Below are positions 1-4,315 of a stretch of 23,549 nt of DNA, piece by piece. Made by a program: the position numbers and the translations under genes. Below the pieces are notes generated by a model. It was not told the origin of the DNA and searched no databases. It worked only from the letters and a program-made list of their open reading frames with translations. The stretch comes from a virus (taxonomy: Duplodnaviria; Heunggongvirae; Uroviricota; Caudoviricetes). Numbering within the stretch: position 1 is the first letter of the stretch; the number at the start of each line of letters is the position of its first letter. The DNA lies in IMG/VR virus record IMGVR_UViG_3300044640_000771. One strand, written 5' to 3'.

Positions 1-230
1 CTGTAGTTATCTAAGAGCATAGCAGCAGCGCGAAGTTTACCAGCTTCAGTAGCCTTTTCATTCTTCATAATCTTTGCTGCAGTAAGAATACTTTCCGCTA
101 CATGTGGCTTAATCTTACGTAGAAGCATTAGTAATTCACGTTCTTTCAGATCACGATTAGTGAGTTTGTCTCTCTTCTTATCGATTCTACCTTCACGGTT
201 GATATTTGGGTCACCAGCTACAAACGGCAT
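1..230 (-). CDS. Probable terminase small subunit (truncated by window edge)
   Basis: Hand translation MPFVAGDPNINREGRIDKKRDKLTNRDLKERELLMLLRKIKPHVAESILTAAKIMKNEKATEAGKLRAAAMLLDNY... The N-terminus resembles the basic G-x-P-x-GR motif of many TerS proteins. AGGA precedes the ATG. It lies downstream of the tRNA cluster. Confidence 0.45.
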   Translation of the reverse strand, partial: MPFVAGDPNINREGRIDKKRDKLTNRDLKERELLMLLRKIKPHVAESILTAAKIMKNEKATEAGKLRAAAMLLDNY

Positions 231-231
231 A

Positions 232-531
232 TCATTTCCTTATATAATTAACTTTTGCACCTTTAAGGGTATTCCACCCAATGAAAGGAGAAGGTCTAAG
301 CATTTCTTCAAGTACGAGAGCTTGAGATTCTGTTAGATTGGATACTAGTACGTCCTTTACTAAATTGTCCCAGCCGTAGTAGCTAATCATTTTAGTAAAA
401 GTTGTTATTCTCTTGTTTCTAGCGTGCTCATTCAACCTGCGTCTGAAATCTGTAGTGATTCCTATGTACCCCTCTGAGAAGATGCATCTGTGCCAGGGTG
501 ATCTGATCCAGTACAATGAGTAATTGCGCAT
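232..531 (-). CDS. Small GIY-YIG family endonuclease
   Basis: YSLYWI...GYIGIT...RRLNEH...E...N pattern of the GIY-YIG catalytic domain. 99 aa, no obvious DNA-binding extension. Confidence 0.7.
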   Translation of the reverse strand: MRNYSLYWIRSPWHRCIFSEGYIGITTDFRRRLNEHARNKRITTFTKMISYYGWDNLVKDVLVSNLTESQALVLEEMLRPSPFIGWNTLKGAKVNYIRK

Positions 532-549
532 ATCAGCATCGACTGATAT

Positions 550-744
550 TTAACCTAAATCATCATCGTAATATCGCACTGGTTCTGTCTTGGAGCCAGG
601 ATGCAAGATTTGATGAATCTCGTATTCTTCTTCTTCGTCAATCGTAGACTTAGGAAGGATATAAGCACAATCTTCACAATTGATATTATCTTTGTGAAAA
701 GAGGTCAGGCGATAGTACGCACCGCATGTTGCACAAGTTGACAT
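550..744 (-). CDS. Small Zn-ribbon protein
   Basis: CATC...CEDC (two CxxC motifs) followed by an acidic tail. Confidence 0.6.
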   Translation of the reverse strand: MSTCATCGAYYRLTSFHKDNINCEDCAYILPKSTIDEEEEYEIHQILHPGSKTEPVRYYDDDLG

Positions 745-770
745 TGATTTTAATTCCTAACTAGAAATAG

Positions 771-802
771 AAATAGCCGGATAACCCGAGGGTTTCCAGC
801 CT
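771..802 (-). terminator. Hairpin after the last tRNA (possible terminator or processing site)
   Basis: GGCTGGA-AACC-CTCG-GGTT-A-TCCGGCT followed by ATTTCTATTTC. The U-tract is weak. Confidence 0.3.
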
Positions 803-805
803 TGT

Positions 806-881
806 TGGTATCTCGTGAAGGATTCAAACCTCCGACCTCTTGATTCGTAGTCAAGTATTCTTTTCACTGAATTAACGAGAT
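806..881 (-). tRNA. tRNA-Arg(ACG)
   Basis: ATCTCGT/ACGAGAT acceptor, CTTGA-CT ACG AA-TCAAG anticodon arm, encoded CCA. Confidence 0.92.
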
Positions 882-890
882 ATTGTTTGA

Positions 891-973
891 TGGTGCCCCA
901 GGGGAGACTCGAACTCCCAAAAACCTCGCTTCTAAGGCGAGTAGCTGTGCCGATTTACATAAGTCACCGGGGC
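891..973 (-). tRNA. tRNA-Leu(TAG), atypical: short variable region, enlarged D region
   Basis: GCCCCGG/CTGGGGC, CTCGC-CT TAG AA-GCGAG, GGGAG-TTCGAGT-CTCCC, A73-CCA. Variable region is only GTTTTT. Confidence 0.85.
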
Positions 974-982
974 GAAAATAAA

Positions 983-1059
983 TTTCTCAATTGACGGAGT
1001 ACCTTACCGTTAAACGTCTTTTGGCTACCGGATATTTGCCAGGGTATGAAATTGAGAAA
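983..1059 (-). ncRNA. Candidate structured ncRNA between tRNA-Ala and tRNA-Leu
   Basis: Perfect 10-bp inverted repeat TTTCTCAATT/AATTGAGAAA enclosing small internal hairpins. Confidence 0.4.
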
Positions 1060-1062
1060 ACT

Positions 1063-1139
1063 TGGTGGATACACATGGGAATCGAACCCATAACCTTTTC
1101 CTTGCAAGGGAATTGCTCTCCCAATTGAGCTAGTGACCC
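1063..1139 (-). tRNA. tRNA-Ala(TGC)
   Basis: CT TGC AA loop and G3:U70-type pair. One extra nucleotide is bulged in the 3' acceptor strand (GTG-T-ATCC). A73-CCA. Confidence 0.85.
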
Positions 1140-1189
1140 GTATTAGTTGCAGACTTTCACTGCTCCCTCTGCTTCCGCGAGGGTATATT

Positions 1190-1278
1190 TGGTGGGTTTT
1201 GAAGGAATCGAACCATTTAGCATCCACCCTGCAAAACAATGCCCAGCGGGTTACAGCCGCCGACAGGGAACAAAACCC
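1190..1278 (-). tRNA. Non-canonical tRNA-Tyr(GTA)-like gene lacking a D arm
   Basis: 8-bp acceptor GGGTTTTG/CAAAACCC, 9-nt connector, GGCGG-CT GTA AC-CCGCT, long variable arm, TTCGATT T loop, A73-CCA. Confidence 0.75.
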
Positions 1279-1338
1279 AATATTTGGACAGGCTTCTCAC
1301 CTGATCGAGAGTTCAAACCTTATTCACTCTTAACGTCT

Positions 1339-1418
1339 TGGCGATGAATATGGGGATCGAACCCATCTGTTATCCGGCGTGACAAGCCGGTGACCACAAC
1401 CAAGCGGTCCCATTCACC
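1339..1418 (-). tRNA. tRNA-Asp(GTC)
   Basis: GGTGAAT/ATTCATC, CCGGC-TT GTC AC-GCCGG, G73-CCA. Confidence 0.92.
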
Positions 1419-1422
1419 ATTG

Positions 1423-1512
1423 TTAGTTTAACTTGATCCCGTAGAGAGCAAACATTAACTGTTCTCTAACGATCTTGTTTTTATAAGTATTTCCGTATCT
1501 CAGTAATCCCAT
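1423..1512 (-). CDS. Small hypothetical protein (29 aa)
   Basis: MGLLRYGNTYKNKIVREQLMFALYGIKLN, preceded by AAAGGAG. Below the ORF-track cutoff. Confidence 0.55.
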   Translation of the reverse strand: MGLLRYGNTYKNKIVREQLMFALYGIKLN

Positions 1513-1523
1513 GACTACTCCTT

Positions 1524-1892
1524 TCAGATACTCACAAAGTAGTTACCTTGTGCATCTGTTTGCAACTTCAAACCAAGTAGAAGTTTATCAACTTGTTCGA
1601 ACTTTGTCAATACCTTGTTTGGACCGAATTTAGCCTTAAGCCAAGCGTTGATCTTAGGGATCAAATATTCTCTGATGTAAACTAGCATATCTGTATATTG
1701 ACCTCCACGAGTATCAAAGGCATCATCAAGAGTAGCTACTGAAACCCAAGTTGAACCTTGCTTTTCTACAATCATGACAAACTGGATACCAGCTACGTCT
1801 CTGCACTTGATTCCCCAGGTTACACCGTCGATTGTAGCCTGAAAATCTGCAGCTGTCATTACGATTGAATCACCTGCTGTTTGTACTGTCAT
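1524..1892 (-). CDS. Hypothetical protein
   Basis: 122 aa ORF with AAGGAG SD that fills the gap between tRNA genes. Confidence 0.75.
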   Translation of the reverse strand: MTVQTAGDSIVMTAADFQATIDGVTWGIKCRDVAGIQFVMIVEKQGSTWVSVATLDDAFDTRGGQYTDMLVYIREYLIPKINAWLKAKFGPNKVLTKFEQVDKLLLGLKLQTDAQGNYFVSI

Positions 1893-1907
1893 GTTGTACT
1901 CCTTATT

Positions 1908-1982
1908 TGGCGTTCCCCCAAGGATTCGAACCCTGACCGCATGGGTTTGGAGCCCAGCATCATGCCGTTAGAACAGAGAAAC
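1908..1982 (-). tRNA. tRNA-Trp(CCA)
   Basis: GTTTCTC/GGGGAAC, TGGG-CT CCA AA-CCCA, G73-CCA. Confidence 0.9.
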
Positions 1983-1990
1983 ATTGTTTG

Positions 1991-2080
1991 TGGCGGGTAA
2001 TGTAGGATTCGAACCTACGGAACCATTGCTGATTCTAAAGGTTAGCAACCTTCTGCAATCGGCCTCTCTGCCAATTACCC
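1991..2080 (-). tRNA. tRNA-Ser(GCT)
   Basis: GGGTAAT/ATTACCC, GAAGG-TT GCT AA-CCTTT, long variable arm, G73-CCA. Confidence 0.93.
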
Positions 2081-2086
2081 TTATAG

Positions 2087-2173
2087 TTTTCCGTGTTCTA
2101 CCACTAAACTACCTACCAGCCCTTTTTATCGTTATGGTCATTGGGGAGGGGTCGAACCTCCGTCCGGAATTTG
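2087..2173 (-). pseudogene. Two tRNA halves in 3'-then-5' order
   Basis: 3' half GCAAA-TTCCG-GAC-GGAGG-TTCGACC-CCTCC-CCAATGA-CCA (2135-2174), then 5' half TGGTAGG-TA-GTTT-AGTGGTA-GAAC-A-CGGAA (2088-2118). Confidence 0.6.
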
Positions 2174-2212
2174 CTTCGGTGCTTTACCTAACTAGTAAAG
2201 CGAATTTGGTGC
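2173..2212. repeat. 40-bp spacer repeat, copy 1
   Basis: 38/40 identical to 3875-3914. Contains hairpin GCTTTAC-TAGTTAG-GTAAAGC on the minus strand. Confidence 0.9.
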
Positions 2213-2282
2213 CAAGAGAAGGATTTGAACCTCCCACGCAAACCTTTTCAGGGTTCCGCTCTACCAGATGAGCTATCTCGGC
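2207..2282 (-). tRNA. tRNA-Phe(GAA)
   Basis: GCCGAGA/TCTTGGC, GAACC-CT GAA AA-GGTTT, A73-CCA. Confidence 0.93.
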
Positions 2283-2294
2283 ATTTATTTGTTC

Positions 2295-2373
2295 TGGCAC
2301 CGTACCGAGGAATCGAACCCCGCTATCCATTGATTAACAGTCAAGCCCATGCGCCTTGCTCGGGTTCTACGGT
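2295..2373 (-). tRNA. tRNA-Asn(GTT)
   Basis: ACCGTA/TACGGT acceptor, TTGA-CT GTT AA-TCAA, G73-CCA. Confidence 0.88.
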
Positions 2374-2375
2374 AT

Positions 2376-2466
2376 TGCTTATGACAGGCAGTGCAACCAA
2401 TTACACTATCCAAAGATAAGATTTTTAGTTTTATCTAGGGCACGGTTTCGAACCGAATCTTCCTGT
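2376..2466 (-). pseudogene. Degenerate tRNA fragments (3'-half remnant followed by 5'-half remnant)
   Basis: CGG-TTCGAAA-CCG T-arm remnant at about 2435-2466. D-arm remnant TA-GTGT-AATTGGTT-GCAC-TGCCTGTCATAAGC at about 2377-2418. Confidence 0.45.
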
Positions 2467-2474
2467 ACTGAATT

Positions 2475-2550
2475 TGGTACCCTCATCGGGGATCGAACCC
2501 GACTCTTATCCTTGAAAGGGATGTGTTCTAACCTACTAAACTACAAGGGC
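2475..2550 (-). tRNA. tRNA-Glu(TTC)
   Basis: GCCCTTG/TGAGGGT, ATCC-CT TTC AA-GGAT, CCA. Confidence 0.92.
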
Positions 2551-2554
2551 ATTA

Positions 2555-2815
2555 TCACATCATCAGCGCGTAGTACCCAAGGGCACCTAAACCTACGCCG
2601 ACAAAAGAAACTACAATATCTTGTAAAGAGAATGTCCCTTTACCTAGGAGTCCATCATACACTACATCTTTCAATAGTGCAAGTGTAACTCCTGCAATTA
2701 CTCCATACAGGAGAACCTGTGAAAACGCAGCTACACCGAATGTAGCTACAAGACAACCAATTAGATGAAGGTTCTTATCCTTACCAATCCAACTGTCATT
2801 TGTTACGAATTTCAT
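2555..2815 (-). CDS. YfiM/DUF2279-like membrane protein
   Basis: NDSWIGKDKNLH...LLKDVVYD...GTFSLQDI..S..G matches my recollection of the YfiM pattern (NDSW-G-DK--H...KE--D...S--D). Hydrophobic helices. GGAG SD before MKFV. Confidence 0.65.
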   Translation of the reverse strand: MKFVTNDSWIGKDKNLHLIGCLVATFGVAAFSQVLLYGVIAGVTLALLKDVVYDGLLGKGTFSLQDIVVSFVGVGLGALGYYALMM

Positions 2816-2838
2816 ACAGTCTCCTGTTTGTAAAGCCA

Positions 2839-2957
2839 TTTTACAGGCTTTGTTTTGTAAAACGGTATCAAGGAGTGCATGCCCTGAATTTACTAACTTC
2901 CTCCTTGGAAGTTAACCTTAATCGCAGTCCGTAAGTCACTAATGTATGAGATTACGG
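2839..2957 (-). ncRNA. Candidate four-hairpin ncRNA in the tRNA array
   Basis: Stems at 2929-2957, 2894-2914, 2868-2887 and 2839-2862 fill the spacer between tRNA-fMet and the YfiM-like gene. Confidence 0.35.
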
Positions 2958-2962
2958 TCATT

Positions 2963-3040
2963 TGGTTGCGAAGGTCGGATTCGAACCGACGATGGGTGGG
3001 ATATGAGCCCACTGCTTTAGTCCACCTAAGCTACCTCGCA
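2963..3040 (-). tRNA. tRNA-Met(CAT), initiator-like
   Basis: CT CAT AT loop, three consecutive G-C pairs (GTGGG/CCCAC) in the anticodon stem, TGCGAGG/CTTCGCA acceptor with a weak U1-A72 pair. Confidence 0.88.
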
Positions 3041-3041
3041 T

Positions 3042-3164
3042 TTATTCTTGCGTAATCCTGCGCAAATCTCTTTCGAACTTACGCATGTTACGTCTTCCTC
3101 TGTATTTTGAGCTGAAATCGGCTTCATTCCAGATATCATTGTATTTTAGTCTGTTATCTTTCAT
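3042..3164 (-). CDS. Small basic hypothetical protein (40 aa)
   Basis: MKDNRLKYNDIWNEADFSSKYRGRRNMRKFERDLRRITQE with GGAG SD. Overlaps the stop of the upstream gene (ATGA). Confidence 0.6.
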   Translation of the reverse strand: MKDNRLKYNDIWNEADFSSKYRGRRNMRKFERDLRRITQE

Positions 3165-3439
3165 TTGTCAACTCCATCAAATAATCTTTCTCTGCTTAGA
3201 CAATAAGAGATTTCTTCTAAGTCGAAATCTTTCAAGTCTAATATTACACAGCAATGACAGGTTTTACCCATTACTGAAAACTTATCTTTGTAATGAATAA
3301 ACTGGTAAAGATCATAGTCAGTTTCAATTTGAAACGTTCTATTTCTTATAACCGGATTATGTTGTGTCAATTCTACTGTTGTTTGTTGAAACTTGTCAAC
3401 TAGAAGTTTTCGATCTTTTGCAACAACTAGAAAAATCAT
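3161..3439 (-). CDS. Hypothetical protein
   Basis: 92 aa ORF with AAGGAG SD. Confidence 0.7.
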   Translation of the reverse strand: MIFLVVAKDRKLLVDKFQQTTVELTQHNPVIRNRTFQIETDYDLYQFIHYKDKFSVMGKTCHCCVILDLKDFDLEEISYCLSRERLFDGVDK

Positions 3440-3454
3440 AAAACTCCTTTATTC

Positions 3455-3530
3455 TGGCAGGGGATGCTGGATTCGAACCAGCGACACCTGGAGTCAAAGT
3501 CCAGTGCTCTACCAACTGAGCTAACCCCCA
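3455..3530 (-). tRNA. tRNA-Gln(TTG)
   Basis: CTGGA-CT TTG AC-TCCAG, unpaired 1:72 position typical of Gln, G73-CCA. Confidence 0.93.
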
Positions 3531-3542
3531 ACTGAAACTGAA

Positions 3543-3616
3543 TTATACAACCTTTACTAAGTCAGCGCAAGGCTCTCCTGCAATTCGAAACGACTCAACT
3601 GTTTCTTGTTGTATAA
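3543..3616 (-). ncRNA. Candidate structured ncRNA between tRNA-Cys and tRNA-Gln
   Basis: 9-bp closing stem TTATACAAC/GTTGTATAA with internal hairpins GAAAC/GTTTC and GCAGG/CCTTGC. Confidence 0.4.
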
Positions 3617-3618
3617 AT

Positions 3619-3693
3619 TGGATACTTTAGTCGGAATCGAACCGACCTACGAGGATTTGCAATCCCCTGCCTAAACCACTCGACCATAAAGTA
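3619..3693 (-). tRNA. tRNA-Cys(GCA)
   Basis: TACTTTA/TAAAGTA, GGGGA-TT GCA AA-TCCTC, U73-CCA. Confidence 0.92.
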
Positions 3694-3696
3694 GTT

Positions 3697-3773
3697 TGGT
3701 AGTCAGTGAGGGATTTGAACCCACTATCTTCGCCTTATCAAGACGTTGCTTATGCCACTTAAGCTTCCCGACC
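3697..3773 (-). tRNA. tRNA-Ile(GAT)
   Basis: CGTC-TT GAT AA-GGCG. Several wobble or mismatch pairs in the acceptor and T stems. A73-CCA. Confidence 0.8.
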
Positions 3774-3785
3774 GTTGTAAATATT

Positions 3786-3876
3786 TGGTGCTCCCTGTAG
3801 GATTCGAACCTACGATGTTACTTTCGTTATTCCTGCTTACAAGGCAGGTGCAATCGACCAACTATGCGAAAAGAGC
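3786..3876 (-). tRNA. tRNA-Thr(TGT) with an 18-nt variable arm
   Basis: GCTCTTT/AGGGAGC, CCTGC-CT TGT AA-GCAGG, variable region AATAACGAAAGTAACATC, GTAGG-TTCGAAT-CCTAC. Confidence 0.85.
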
Positions 3877-3914
3877 TTCGGTGCTTTACCTAACTAGCAA
3901 AGCGAAATTGGTGC
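3875..3914. repeat. 40-bp spacer repeat, copy 2
   Basis: 38/40 identical to 2173-2212. Confidence 0.9.
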
Positions 3915-3984
3915 ATACTGTAGGATTCGAACCTACCTCGATCATCTTGTAAGGATGGTGACTAAACCAATCATCCAAGTATGC
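3909..3984 (-). tRNA. tRNA-Val(TAC)
   Basis: GCATACT/AGTATGC, CATC-CT TAC AA-GATG, A73-CCA. Confidence 0.92.
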
Positions 3985-3990
3985 TTTATC

Positions 3991-4021
3991 TGGAGCGTTT
4001 CGCAGAAACCTCTGCGAAAGC
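3991..4021 (-). ncRNA. CCA-terminated minihelix with a Gly-type end
   Basis: GC-TTTCGCAGA-GGTT-TCTGCGAAA-C-GC-T-CCA. Confidence 0.4.
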
Positions 4022-4030
4022 TTTGCTTTC

Positions 4031-4106
4031 TGGAGCGTCCAGAGGGAATCGAACCCTACCCTGCACGGCTTGGAAGGCCGGCGACACAACCCGTGTGCTT
4101 GGAAGC
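4031..4106 (-). tRNA. tRNA-Gly(TCC)
   Basis: CGGC-CT TCC AA-GCCG, U73-CCA, one acceptor mismatch. Confidence 0.88.
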
Positions 4107-4116
4107 ATTTGTATCT

Positions 4117-4144
4117 ATTATAGCATGACATTCTTAGTTGTCAA
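4117..4144 (-). promoter_or_regulatory. Sigma70-type promoter inside the tRNA array
   Basis: TTGACA-16 nt-TATAAT with TG extension, about 10 nt upstream of tRNA-Gly. Confidence 0.8.
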
Positions 4145-4149
4145 GCTAT

Positions 4150-4240
4150 ACATGCCTCGCCTGGAATTAAATTCCGTCCGCTGCTTGCTCGGCAATACCT
4201 GCAGTTGTTGCGACCCTTCTTCCTCTGCAGGATTGTATTC
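4150..4240 (-). ncRNA. Structured spacer, candidate ncRNA
   Basis: CCTGCAG/CTGCAGG stem (4198-4231), GGAAT/ATTCC hairpin (4163-4175), TTGCC/GGCGA closing pairs. Confidence 0.3.
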
Positions 4241-4241
4241 T

Positions 4242-4315
4242 TGGGGTGACTTCGGGGATCGAACCCTGTTCTTCTGATTCACAGTCAGGGGCATTACCAT
4301 ATATGCTAAAGTCAC
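4242..4315 (-). tRNA. tRNA-His(GTG), lacks encoded G-1
   Basis: GTGACTT/AAGTCAC, CTGA-CT GTG AA-TCAG, C73-CCA. Position -1 is A. The T arm is one nucleotide short. Confidence 0.8.

Noticed and set aside
3543-3616. GAAAC and CTGA motifs suggested a hammerhead ribozyme
   Set aside because: The core reads CTGACTT rather than CUGANGA, and stem III and the cleavage triplet do not fit.
4150-4240. GGGTCGCAAC and AAGCAGC resemble parts of the c-di-GMP-I riboswitch or SRP RNA
   Set aside because: The other required conserved elements (GNRA/receptor pairing, SRP symmetric loop) are absent.
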